64,000 bases of DNA from Minisyncoccota bacterium. GTDB lineage: Bacteria; Patescibacteriota; Minisyncoccia; Phycocordibacterales; UBA6065. Where the stretch lies: NCBI GenBank assembly GCA_035714745.1, contig DASTLR010000007.1, positions 6,205 to 70,204 on the forward strand. The letters are read 5' to 3'. Positions 55,442 to 64,000 of the stretch are shown one piece after another. The notes beneath the pieces were generated by a model. The model ran no database searches, was not told the DNA's origin, and worked only from the letters and a program-made list of their open reading frames with translations. The position numbers were made by a program, and so were the translations under genes. Each line of letters begins with the position of its first letter. The stretch's first letter is position 1.

Positions 55442-55842
55442 GCCCTGCTCTGGGGCGCGGATAACGAACATCGCATCCTCGAGAGGATGCGATGCCTTGT
55501 TTTCTGGATAGGCCTTTCTCGGATCGCCTTACTGCTGCCCCGAAGTCCCGGAACCGTTGCCGCCGGTCGTGCCGCCCAGATTCACCTGGAGGGCTGGGTT
55601 CGTAGAGGTGGTCTCTACCGCCGGAGCCTTGCGAGCCATGACGAACCAGACGATGAAACCGACGACTATGACGACCAAGATGACCAGGATGGCGTTCGTC
55701 GTTGAATTGTTCTCATACATATGTTTTTCTATTTATTGAGCCTCGCTGTATATACGTAGCTGCGGCTGGCCTTGGGTTCGCCTCGATTTTTAGGCCAGGA
55801 TATGCTTAAATAGTGCCACGCCGTGCGCTGCATGGCAGTCTT

Positions 55843-55917
55843 GCGGGTGTAGCTCAGTTTGGTTAGAGCGCTTCCCTGTCACGGAAGAGGTCGCGGGTTC
55901 GAACCCCGTCACTCGCG
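55843..55917 (+). tRNA. tRNA-Asp (anticodon GTC)
   Basis: Acceptor GCGGGTG/CACTCGC, D-arm GCTC-AGTTTGGTTA-GAGC, anticodon stem CTTCC/GGAAG with loop CTGTCAC, T-arm GCGGG-TTCGAAC-CCCGT, discriminator G. CCA is not encoded. Confidence 0.8.
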
Positions 55918-55951
55918 CACGAGGGGCTTGAAATATGGCTAGGAACGATAT

Positions 55952-56025
55952 GTCGGGGTAGCTCAGTTGGTTAGAGCACAGGACTCATAAGCCTGGGGTC
56001 GTGGGTTCGACTCCCACCCCCGACA
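55952..56025 (+). tRNA. tRNA-Met (anticodon CAT; elongator-type, could be Ile2/lysidine)
   Basis: Acceptor GTCGGGG/CCCCGAC fully paired (not initiator). Anticodon loop CTCATAA. T-arm GTGGG-TTCGACT-CCCAC. Discriminator A. Confidence 0.72.
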
Positions 56026-56191
56026 CCGAAAAGGATGGTTTGAAAGAAATCTCCAGGTGCCCCGTAATATCAATGTGTCCTTCTAATAGTGATCGACCAG
56101 GGCGCCCTCCCGATGAGACGGCGCCTTTGTCTTTTGAAACAAACGCCTCGGCTCGACGGTACTAACAATATATCAATAGGCTTTATACATC

Positions 56192-56707
56192 ATGGATAAC
56201 CAAGATAATCGAGAGGCGTCGTCCGTAGGCTATTGGGTAGCCGGCATCATCATCCTCATAGTCGTTATCGGCGGCATAGTGCTCTGGAGGTCGAACGCCT
56301 CGGACACTGCCGGAACCGCCGCCCGGACAGGGTCTACGACCGTCCTTCCCTATGGAAGGACAACGGTGGCGGTCGGCCAAAGCGCTTCGTTCGACGGCAT
56401 AACCATCACCCCACTGACCGTCGCCGAAGACAGCCGCTGCGCCGCGGGCGTCCAGTGCGTCTGGGCGGGCACCGTCAGGGTCGCCGTCAGGTCGGACCTG
56501 GCAGCAGGTTCGTCCCGCCAGGACGTCATAGCCCTGGGCAGCACCACGCCCATCGGCACCTTCGCCGTCTCGCTCGTCAGCGTAACCCCAGACAAAAGAG
56601 CGGGCGTGGACATCGCCTCAAATGATTACCGCTTCACCTTTGAAGTACACCAGAACGGCAGCGGGGCAGCGGTCCCCGGCGCCGAGCCTCTCGAGGGCAA
56701 GGGATAA
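56192..56707 (+). CDS. membrane-anchored hypothetical protein
   Basis: N-terminal TM helix and a beta-rich extracellular domain. Confidence 0.4.
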   Translation: MDNQDNREASSVGYWVAGIIILIVVIGGIVLWRSNASDTAGTAARTGSTTVLPYGRTTVAVGQSASFDGITITPLTVAEDSRCAAGVQCVWAGTVRVAVRSDLAAGSSRQDVIALGSTTPIGTFAVSLVSVTPDKRAGVDIASNDYRFTFEVHQNGSGAAVPGAEPLEGKG

Positions 56708-56735
56708 ATCCCGCAGGACTTGCTATACTAGGGGC

Positions 56736-57536
56736 ATGAAGACCGCGGCCTCAAAGGCCCAGATCGTCGTCACCCTCGGACCGGCCTCTTCGAACGAAGA
56801 GGTCTTTTCCGCCATGGTGGCCCATCAAGCGGACGCGGCGCGCTTGAACTTCGCCTGGGGCGATTATGTCGAGAAGGCCGCGCAGATCGCCGTGGTGCGC
56901 TCGGTAGAGAAGCGCGCAGGCCGGCGCATCCCTATCATCGCCGACCTGCCTGGACCGCGGGTCCAGGGCGACCAGGGCCACAGCTTTCGCCTGGGCGCCC
57001 CTGCCCTGACGCCCCAGGACGCGGAACATATGAAGTTCGGCATCCGTCACGCCGTAGATTACTTTGCCCTGTCGTTCATCGGCTCGGCCCAGGACGTCAG
57101 AACGGCCCGCGCCGCCCTGGCCGCTGCCGGGGGCAGCCAACCCTTGATCGCAAAGATCGAGCGCGCCGAAGCCCTGGCCGACATCGACGCCATCATCGGC
57201 GCGGCAGACGCAGTCATGGTCGCCCGTGGCGACTTGGGAGACAATATACCTTTGGAAAAGCTCCCCTTTGCCCAGGCAGACATCATCAAGCGGGCCAACG
57301 CCGCCGGAAAACCGGTCATCACCGCCACCGAGATGCTCCTATCCATGAAAGAGAGCCTGCGCCCCACCCGCGCCGAGACGACCGACGTGGCGAACGCCAT
57401 CCTGCAGGGCTCGGATGCCGTCATGCTCTCGGAAGAGACGTCTGTCGGCAAGCATCCCGTCGAAGCAGTGGCCGTAATGGAGAGAATCGTCCTAGAAGCT
57501 GAGAAGCATACCCGCCGGGCCTGCGTGGTATTATAG
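56736..57536 (+). CDS. pyk: pyruvate kinase (short form, barrel domain only)
   Basis: VVTLGPAS...ARLNFAWG, MVARGDLG and TEMLLSM...PTRAETTDVANAILQGSDAVMLSEETSVGKHP are PK active-site blocks. No C-terminal regulatory domain. Confidence 0.7.
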   Translation: MKTAASKAQIVVTLGPASSNEEVFSAMVAHQADAARLNFAWGDYVEKAAQIAVVRSVEKRAGRRIPIIADLPGPRVQGDQGHSFRLGAPALTPQDAEHMKFGIRHAVDYFALSFIGSAQDVRTARAALAAAGGSQPLIAKIERAEALADIDAIIGAADAVMVARGDLGDNIPLEKLPFAQADIIKRANAAGKPVITATEMLLSMKESLRPTRAETTDVANAILQGSDAVMLSEETSVGKHPVEAVAVMERIVLEAEKHTRRACVVL

Positions 57537-57540
57537 TCGT

Positions 57541-58170
57541 ATGGGAAAGCTCATCCTTGCGCGCCACCACGAATCCGAATGGAACAAGCTCGGCCTATGG
57601 ACCGGCGTCCGCGACCGCCATCTGACCGAATACGGCTTCAAAAAATCCGAGGAAATGGGCCTCCTGATACGCGACTTCCGCATCGACCAGGCCTTTGCCT
57701 CCATGCAGGTCCGCTCGATCGAGACGCTTTCCTCGATGCTCAACGCCATGGGCCAGTACAGCGTGCCCACCGAACACGCCGCGGCCCTGAACGAGCGCGA
57801 TTACGGCGACTACACCGGCAAGAACAAATGGGAGATGGAAAAGCTCATCGGCGAGGAGCAGTGGAACAAGGTGCGCCGCGACTGGGACTGCCCGATACCG
57901 AACGGCGAGACCCTGAAGATGGTCTCGGCTCGCGCCCTGCCTTTCTATAAAGAAAAGATAGTGCCCGCCCTCTCAGCCGGCAAGACCGTACTCGTCGTAG
58001 CCCACGGCAATTCCTGCCGCGCCCTTATCAAATACATCGAGAACGTCTCTGACCAGGAAATCCAGGGCGTCGAAATGCCCTTTGGCGGCATCTTCATCTA
58101 CGACGTCGACGCGGACGGCCATGCGACGCACAAAGAAACCAGGCGCGTCGAATCGCAGGTCAATTCATAG
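57541..58170 (+). CDS. histidine-phosphatase family phosphoglycerate mutase
   Basis: LILARHHESEWN (RHGE motif), RDRHLTE and the C-terminal VAHGNS. Confidence 0.8.
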   Translation: MGKLILARHHESEWNKLGLWTGVRDRHLTEYGFKKSEEMGLLIRDFRIDQAFASMQVRSIETLSSMLNAMGQYSVPTEHAAALNERDYGDYTGKNKWEMEKLIGEEQWNKVRRDWDCPIPNGETLKMVSARALPFYKEKIVPALSAGKTVLVVAHGNSCRALIKYIENVSDQEIQGVEMPFGGIFIYDVDADGHATHKETRRVESQVNS

Positions 58171-58191
58171 CCATAGGCCCTATCCATCATC

Positions 58192-59160
58192 ATGAAAAAG
58201 ATATACATCACTCGTCAGATCCCGGCAGCCGGCCTCTCCCTCCTTCGCAAGCAAGGATATGCCGTAGACGTCTGGCCGCGCGATACGGCTCCGAGCAAGG
58301 GAGACATCATCAAGGCCCTCAAGAAGGGCGCCTATGACGGGGCCATCACTCTTTTGACCGACACCATCGACGCAGAGGTCATGGACGCCGCCCCGACGGT
58401 GCGCATATTCGCCAACTACGCCGATGGCTTCAATAATATCGACCTGGCCGAGGCGAAAAAGCGCGGCATCGCCGTGACCAATACGCCCGGCGTTTCCTCG
58501 CAGGCAGTGGCCGAGCACGCTGTGGCCCTGATGCTCGCCCTGGCTACGCGCCTCGTCGAAGCGGACGCTTTCACCCGCCGCGGCAAGTATCGCGGCTGGG
58601 CGCCCATGAATCTCATCGGCACCGATCTCGGGGGCAAGACCCTCGGCCTGGTCGGCGCCGGCCATATCGGAGCCCATGCCGCCCGCATCATGAAGAACGG
58701 CTTTGGGGCGCGCGTAGTCTATTACGACGTCGCGGAAAACGCCTCGATCGAGAAAGAATGCGGCGCCCAGCGCAAGCTCTCGCTCGAGGAGCTCCTCCGC
58801 GAGGCGGATTTCGTCAGCATCCATGTGCCGCTCCTGCCTTCGACCCATCACCTCATCGATGAAACGCGCCTCGGCATGATGAAACCGACGGCATTCCTGG
58901 TGAATACCTCGCGCGGCCCCGTCATAGACGAGAACGCTCTGGTGAAAGCCCTGCAAGCAGGCAAAATCGCCGGCGCTGGCCTGGACGTATACGAATTCGA
59001 GCCAAAGCTCACCCGCGGCCTGGCGAAGCTCCCCAACGTGGTGCTGACGCCCCATATCGCCTCGGCTCGCGACAGCGTGCGCAACGCCATGGCCGTCCTG
59101 GCGGCGCAGAACGTCATCGACTGCCTGGAAGGGCGCGAGCCACAGAATCGGGTGGCGTAG
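58192..59160 (+). CDS. D-isomer-specific 2-hydroxyacid dehydrogenase (GhrB/PGDH-like)
   Basis: GKTLGLVGAGHIGAHAA NAD-binding motif and the catalytic R/E/H (SIHVPLLPSTHHLI, NTSRG). Confidence 0.85.
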   Translation: MKKIYITRQIPAAGLSLLRKQGYAVDVWPRDTAPSKGDIIKALKKGAYDGAITLLTDTIDAEVMDAAPTVRIFANYADGFNNIDLAEAKKRGIAVTNTPGVSSQAVAEHAVALMLALATRLVEADAFTRRGKYRGWAPMNLIGTDLGGKTLGLVGAGHIGAHAARIMKNGFGARVVYYDVAENASIEKECGAQRKLSLEELLREADFVSIHVPLLPSTHHLIDETRLGMMKPTAFLVNTSRGPVIDENALVKALQAGKIAGAGLDVYEFEPKLTRGLAKLPNVVLTPHIASARDSVRNAMAVLAAQNVIDCLEGREPQNRVA

Positions 59161-59168
59161 GGCGGCAC

Positions 59169-60287
59169 CTAGCTTTTGAATTCCACTTCAAAGGGATACA
59201 TGCCCATGCCGCAGGTGCCTTTGTAGGCGCCTGGCTGCGGCGTGCCGATATCGATGTCGGTCGAGCCCGTCTGGGCCAATTGGCGGCTCACTGAGAGGCT
59301 CGGGATGCGCACCGACGACGAGCAGTCGAACGAGCCGCGCGTGATAAAGCGGATAACGGTCGGCAGACCAGCCTGGGCGACGCTCCGGCGCGGCTGATAG
59401 CCGCCTTCGGCGCGAATAGAAACGACCTGAATGCCGTTCTCAAGAGAGATGTTGCTGCTTGTGGCCCGTCCCTGCGCGCGTTCGGTTCCGCCATTCGACT
59501 CGCTCGGCCAGAGGCCCGCTGCCGTTAGGCTATATGCCAGATTCGTCACAGCTAGGACGATGACGAGCAGGCCGGCTGCCTTGAAAAAGACGCCCTTCCT
59601 CTGCCAGCCGCCGGCCCGGGCCGAGCCTACGCTCGCCAGGGCCAGGACAGGCAGCGTGCCGAGCGAGAACGCCAGCATAGCCAACCCGCCAGCCATAAAG
59701 CTGCCCGTGCCCAGGGCATAGACCTGCATGGATTGAGTAAAGCCACAGGGCAAAAAGAAGGTCGCCGCGCCAAAGAAGAACGGCGCCAGCCAGTGGCTGA
59801 CCGTCGAGGCTCCCCTGGCTCGATCGGCAAGCCATTCCGGCATCGAGGGCACCAGCCTCTCTGCCCAGGGAAAGATGCCGAGGAGGTTCAGCCCCAAGCC
59901 GAGCATGACCAGGCTGATAGCGATGCCGAGGAGCGACGACATCCAGGCGCTCAGGGTGAATGCCATGCCCAGGGCGCCCAGGGCCCCGCCCAGGACGAAG
60001 AACGAGGCCAGGCGGCCGACATGAAAGAAAGCCTGGGCGCGAGCGCCTCCCCTGCCGTCTTTGACGAAGGTCGCCGTCATAGAGAGCACCAGGCCGCCGA
60101 CGACGGCGGTGCACATCGAGAGCGAGGCGACCAGGCCGATGGCGAAGGCCGCGCCGAACGAGACGCTGCCCGCCTGGACGACGCTCAACAGGCCGCTCTT
60201 CTGCAAAGCCCAAAAGACCATGCCGAGCGCCAGGGCGATCGGCACGGCCAGCCACAGGTCTGCCTTGTCTTGAGGAGTTATCTCCAT
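59169..60287 (-). CDS. DsbD_2-like polytopic membrane protein with C-terminal Cys/Met-rich soluble domain
   Basis: SLSMCTAVVGG and FFLPCGFT TM Cys motifs. The C-terminal domain ends GTCGMGMYPFEVEF (possible metal site). Confidence 0.35.
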   Translation of the reverse strand: MEITPQDKADLWLAVPIALALGMVFWALQKSGLLSVVQAGSVSFGAAFAIGLVASLSMCTAVVGGLVLSMTATFVKDGRGGARAQAFFHVGRLASFFVLGGALGALGMAFTLSAWMSSLLGIAISLVMLGLGLNLLGIFPWAERLVPSMPEWLADRARGASTVSHWLAPFFFGAATFFLPCGFTQSMQVYALGTGSFMAGGLAMLAFSLGTLPVLALASVGSARAGGWQRKGVFFKAAGLLVIVLAVTNLAYSLTAAGLWPSESNGGTERAQGRATSSNISLENGIQVVSIRAEGGYQPRRSVAQAGLPTVIRFITRGSFDCSSSVRIPSLSVSRQLAQTGSTDIDIGTPQPGAYKGTCGMGMYPFEVEFKS

Positions 60288-60308
60288 CGTAACCCTATTG
60301 TACCAGAC

Positions 60309-60830
60309 CTAGTATTCCACTCCCCTCGCCGCCCGGACGCCCAGGGCGTAGGGATGCTTGATCTCGCACATCTCGGTGACCAGGTCGGCGCGCTCCATGA
60401 ACTGCTTGGGGCAGCCGCGGCCCGTCATGATGAGGTGCTCGCATTTGATGAGGGCGCGGTCGATGAAGGCCGAGACCTCGGCGGCAGTCAAAAGACCGAG
60501 CGACTGGGCCACCCAGATCTCGTCCATGATGAGGATGTCCCACTTTCCCGTCTTCAGCTCCTTGAGAGAAAAAGCCAGCGCATCGTGCGCGGCTTTGATG
60601 TGCTCTTCTATGGGAAGCTTGTCGCAGGGGGTCTTTACGAAGCCTTTGCCCATCTTGACGATATGGAAGTCGTCGCCGAACTTCCGCGAGGATTTATCTT
60701 CTCCCGACTCCCACGGCCCCTTGATGAGCTGGACCATGAGCACCCGGGAGCCGTTGCCGATGGCCCGGAGGGCCTGGCCGATGGCAGCCGTGGTCTTGCC
60801 CTTGCCGTTGCCTGTAAAAATGATGAGCAT
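60309..60830 (-). CDS. cobO: cob(I)yrinic acid a,c-diamide adenosyltransferase (CobA/CobO/BtuR)
   Basis: MLIIFTGNGKGKTTAAIGQALRAIGNGSRVLMVQLIKG matches the CobO P-loop signature. It lies directly downstream of the B12-dependent RNR. Confidence 0.82.
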   Translation of the reverse strand: MLIIFTGNGKGKTTAAIGQALRAIGNGSRVLMVQLIKGPWESGEDKSSRKFGDDFHIVKMGKGFVKTPCDKLPIEEHIKAAHDALAFSLKELKTGKWDILIMDEIWVAQSLGLLTAAEVSAFIDRALIKCEHLIMTGRGCPKQFMERADLVTEMCEIKHPYALGVRAARGVEY

Positions 60831-60834
60831 ATGG

Positions 60835-63168
60835 TTACAATGCCACCTCGCAGACCCCCGCCACGCAGGCGAGCTCTTTTTTCACGTCCAGCTCGTTGGT
60901 CTTCTCGTAGGTGATGATCTTCGAATAATCGATGTGGGCCAGCTTGGCGGCCAATTCCTCGTAGCGGGCCTTGTCGATGGCCTCGTACGGCGCCAGCTGG
61001 TAGACGTGGTTGTCGCGCGGCAGGAACGAGAGGCCGCCGACGATATCCCAGTTCTTGTAGACCCAATTGCCGACCTCGATCCACTCGCTCTCGCCGACCG
61101 AGACGGTCACCGAGGGGTTATGCTCGGTGTAATTGACCTTTACCGTCTTCCAGAATTCCAAGAGGTCGATGGCCGAGAGGTCGTCCTTGTAGATCGACCC
61201 TTCGGGAGCCTTGACCGGGAATTCCAGGACGTAGGTCGTGGCGCTGGAGGCCGACTGGCCGACCTCGGGATGGTACGGCACGCCCTGGTCCTTGAGCATC
61301 TTGAAGAGCGAATCGGTGGCCGAGATGCGCACGCGGCGGATGTAGTATTCCGCATGGCGCGGATGCATGCCCGACGAGCAGTCGACGGTCTGCGATACGG
61401 TGCCGGACGGCTTGACGCAGGTGATGCAGGTCGAGGCGTTGATGCCGAAGCGCGCGGCATACTCGGCATTGGCGCGGACCGACTCTTCTTTCATGGCTAC
61501 CATCGTCTCGGCCTCGCGAGCAACCGGCGAATCCCACTGGCCCGTCACCGAGACGCCCAAGAGGCGCTCATGCTCGCAGTGTTCCTGCCATTCTTTCGAC
61601 AGGTACGGGAAATAGGTCAGGGTCGACTGATAAGTGCCGATGAGCGTGGCCAGGCGAGCCTTGCGCAAGAGGTCCTGGCGCGAGTCCTCGCGGCGGGCCA
61701 CCACCTCGGAGAGGTTGCAGAACTGCTTTGACTGGAGGATGATCTCGCCGCAGGGATTGGTGCCGACAGGGCCGATGACGTTGCCGGCAGCGTCGAAGTA
61801 GCCTTCGTATTTTTTGAGCACCTCGATACGGCGGGCCGGCAGGGTCTTGGCCAGCGACCCGCGGTTAAAGATGCCGCGCTCTCCCGATCCGGACTTCATC
61901 AGGGCCACCCACTCGTCCATGAATTCGACGTTCGACGGCTTGGTCAGATAGACGGCCGAGTTGTTGGCCAGCATGCGCTGCGGCTCGGTGGCGTAGAAGG
62001 TGCCCTTTTTGGCATCGCGGATCTCGGTGTCGTCCAGGTCCGAGAGCGAGATCATGGCGCTCCTGCGCACGCCGCCGGCCACCACGCAGTCGCCGATGGT
62101 GCAGATGATGTCGTGGACGTCGATGTTGCGCAGGCGCTTGCCCTGACGCGCTAACATCTTCTCGCGGGTAAAGGCCAGGAGGCGCTTGAGCGGCTCGGGG
62201 CCCGAAGCCTTGCCTCCCATGGTCTTGAGCCTAGCGCCGGCAGGGCGGAGCTGGCTGAAATCGAAGTCGATGTCGGCGCCCGAGACCCAGGCCATGACGC
62301 CGGCGGTCAGGGCGTCGGCCCAGCCCTCCTTGCTGTCGGCGATGACGTGGGTCGGTAGCCTTTTGCCCGTCTGGACCTTTATCTGGTCGAATTTCTGGAC
62401 GTTCTGGCTCTCGACCGACCAGCCGACGCCAGTGCCGCACATGGATATGTACATGATCTCGGCCAAGTCGCGGAAGCTCTCGGGGGCGATGAACGAGCAG
62501 TTATAGGCGCAGACGTGCGTCTTGCGCGCGGCCGGGCCGGCGAACTGCAAGAGGCGCATCGACGGCATGACCTCCTGCCTGAGGATGCCCTCGCGGACCT
62601 CGGCGTATTCCGCGGCAGTGAGCTTCTCTCCCAAATTCTCGCGCATGAACGCCATATATCGATCGACTGTCTCGATCCAGGTCTCGCGGCGCGACTCGGC
62701 TTCGATCCAGCGCGCGTAGGTGCGGTAGTAGACGAACTCGCCCAGGGTATTGCGGAAGTATTTTTTGCTGTCCTCGGCCAATTTTCGGACGTGCTCGGGC
62801 ACTGCGGCACCAGCCTCGCGCAAGGCGGCCCGATTCTGGCGATACAGGATGAAGGTCTTGGCCGTCTGCACGTATTTACCCAAGATAAGCTCCTTTTCCA
62901 CGCTGTCCTGGATGCCCTCGACGTTGGGAATAAAGTTCTTGTATTTTGCCGCGATCGAGGCGATGTCCGTCCAGACCGCGTCCGCCACCTTTTCCGCCTC
63001 GGCGAGCGAGCCCTCCTGGGCCGAGCGCATGGCCTTGTCCACTGCCCGGACGATCTTCATGTAGTCGAAGGCCACGATGACCCCGTTCCTCTTCTGCACG
63101 CGCTTGACCAGAGCCTCCTTCGACATGTCATCCGTCTTGCCCCACAGGTTCCTTTGTTCGGCTGGCAT
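60835..63168 (-). CDS. nrdJ: class II (adenosylcobalamin-dependent) ribonucleotide reductase
   Basis: 777 aa. VCAYNCSFIAPESF active-site Cys region and a C-terminal Cys pair. Overall NrdJ layout. Confidence 0.88.
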   Translation of the reverse strand: MPAEQRNLWGKTDDMSKEALVKRVQKRNGVIVAFDYMKIVRAVDKAMRSAQEGSLAEAEKVADAVWTDIASIAAKYKNFIPNVEGIQDSVEKELILGKYVQTAKTFILYRQNRAALREAGAAVPEHVRKLAEDSKKYFRNTLGEFVYYRTYARWIEAESRRETWIETVDRYMAFMRENLGEKLTAAEYAEVREGILRQEVMPSMRLLQFAGPAARKTHVCAYNCSFIAPESFRDLAEIMYISMCGTGVGWSVESQNVQKFDQIKVQTGKRLPTHVIADSKEGWADALTAGVMAWVSGADIDFDFSQLRPAGARLKTMGGKASGPEPLKRLLAFTREKMLARQGKRLRNIDVHDIICTIGDCVVAGGVRRSAMISLSDLDDTEIRDAKKGTFYATEPQRMLANNSAVYLTKPSNVEFMDEWVALMKSGSGERGIFNRGSLAKTLPARRIEVLKKYEGYFDAAGNVIGPVGTNPCGEIILQSKQFCNLSEVVARREDSRQDLLRKARLATLIGTYQSTLTYFPYLSKEWQEHCEHERLLGVSVTGQWDSPVAREAETMVAMKEESVRANAEYAARFGINASTCITCVKPSGTVSQTVDCSSGMHPRHAEYYIRRVRISATDSLFKMLKDQGVPYHPEVGQSASSATTYVLEFPVKAPEGSIYKDDLSAIDLLEFWKTVKVNYTEHNPSVTVSVGESEWIEVGNWVYKNWDIVGGLSFLPRDNHVYQLAPYEAIDKARYEELAAKLAHIDYSKIITYEKTNELDVKKELACVAGVCEVAL

Positions 63169-63339
63169 CGTTCGTCGTTTATTTCGTAGTTTCGCAACTT
63201 GATAATAGAATGTGAAATCATTATACGGCCCTCGGGCCGAGCGCCGAAGGAAAACGGTGGATAACGAATTCTATGAAATGCGCCTTGGCGAGCTGTCAAT
63301 CGGCTGATATACTGGCCGCGTATACAAACTATCGAAACT

Positions 63340-63645
63340 ATGAAATCTCCCCTGCCGAAAGAGGCATACCAGAAGAACGCCCATATCTACAAGCTCCTGG
63401 CCAACCCAAAGCGCCTGGAGATCCTGAACATGCTCAAGAAGAAGGAGACCGCCGTCGAGGAGCTTCTCCGCTCTACGGGCCTGCCAAAAGCCAACCTATC
63501 CCAGCATCTGGCCCTCATGCGCCACAACGGCCTGGTAGTGCCCCGCCGCCACGGGCTCAACATCTTCTACCGCATCGTCGATCCCCGCATCGTCGAGCCC
63601 TGCAAGATCCTCCACGACCTCCGCCACAAGAAGCTGGTCGTATAG
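63340..63645 (+). CDS. ArsR/SmtB-family transcriptional regulator
   Basis: IYKLLANPKRLEILNMLKK...LSQHLALMRHNGLV winged HTH. Confidence 0.8.
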   Translation: MKSPLPKEAYQKNAHIYKLLANPKRLEILNMLKKKETAVEELLRSTGLPKANLSQHLALMRHNGLVVPRRHGLNIFYRIVDPRIVEPCKILHDLRHKKLVV

Positions 63646-63650
63646 CCATT

Positions 63651-63893
63651 ATGAAGACGGCCTTCGAGATCTTCGGCTGGTACGGCACCGCAGCCATAGT
63701 CCTTGCCTATGCGCTGGTTAGCTTTGGCTACTTGAGCCCCGCCTCGCTCGCCTATCAGGTCCTCAACGGAACCGGAGCTCTGGGCGTCGCCGCAATATCT
63801 CTCTATAGGCGCACCTACCAGCCAGGCATCCTCAATATCATCTGGACCATCATCGCCCTCCTCGCCATAGCTCGAGTCCTCTCCCTCTCCTAG
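63651..63893 (+). CDS. small 2-TM membrane protein
   Basis: The ATG is 3 nt after the arsR stop. Two hydrophobic helices. Confidence 0.4.
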   Translation: MKTAFEIFGWYGTAAIVLAYALVSFGYLSPASLAYQVLNGTGALGVAAISLYRRTYQPGILNIIWTIIALLAIARVLSLS

Positions 63894-64000
63894 CTCCTAT
63901 CTCTTATCTATCCCCCTCCCCTCTTGCGCTTTCTCTCGCGCAGTAGTTTAACTATTTCGAAACATTGAAATAGTGTCACATCGGGTCTACTCTAAGGATA

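Noticed and set aside
1-64000. CRISPR arrays, rRNA genes, IS elements/transposases
   Set aside because: No regularly spaced 25-40 bp repeats, no rRNA-like conserved blocks, and no transposase (DDE or IS-type) ORF with terminal inverted repeats were seen. The only tandem repeats are the 9-bp in-gene repeat and the operator and att repeats already reported.

Overview
This 64-kb window comes from a high-GC (~60-65%) bacterial chromosome carrying a ~23-kb low-GC (~38-47%) acquired island. The island (about 2.2-25.3 kb) sits at the 3' end of an intact tRNA-Gln(CTG). It is bounded by ~37-bp imperfect direct repeats: attL at 2212-2248 and attR at 22756-22792.

The island has four modules:
- **Copper-resistance block:** multicopper oxidase, CcdA/DsbD-like protein, redoxin, YHS protein, P1B-type Cu ATPase (CopA), and CsoR with a perfect palindromic operator.
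- **Recombinase:** a large serine recombinase in the middle of the island.
- **Phage-satellite-like remnant:** an HTH/terminase-small-subunit-like protein and a ParB-nuclease/DNA-methyltransferase fusion.
- **Candidate novel system (most interesting feature):** a tightly overlapping plus-strand operon of six genes. In order: a LexA-like S24 repressor with a triple TGTGTA(C/T)AA repeat upstream, a metallo-beta-lactamase (MBL)-fold protein, a Cap2-like E2-E1 fusion (UBC-type Cys, ThiF Rossmann, Zn Cys pairs), a Cap3-like JAB/JAMM peptidase, and two multi-TM proteins. No nucleotidyltransferase (CD-NTase) is present. It looks like a ubiquitin-like-conjugation defence or abortive-infection module with an MBL-fold partner in place of the cyclase.

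The chromosomal part includes:
- a GH6 cellulase with duplicated N-terminal domains, and a PAP2 phosphatase;
- a cellulose-synthase-like cluster (GT2, GT39-like, GH8);
- a DHH phosphoesterase, and a GtrA + GT2 pair;
- a MacAB-like ABC system whose ATPase has an in-frame 9-bp x6 tandem repeat;
- two ECF sigma / anti-sigma-like pairs;
- prfB-ftsE-ftsX (RF2 with no programmed frameshift);
- tRNA-Thr(GGU) interrupted after the anticodon by a 193-nt group I intron, followed by tRNA-Thr(CGU) and a free-standing HNH endonuclease in a low-GC patch;
- endonuclease V, tRNA-Asp(GTC), and tRNA-Met(CAT);
- glycolytic and related enzymes (short pyruvate kinase, phosphoglycerate mutase, 2-hydroxyacid dehydrogenase);
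- CobO, class II (B12-dependent) ribonucleotide reductase, and an ArsR regulator with a recurring 16-nt motif nearby.

No CRISPR arrays and no rRNA genes were seen. Many long ORFs in the high-GC half are antisense artefacts.
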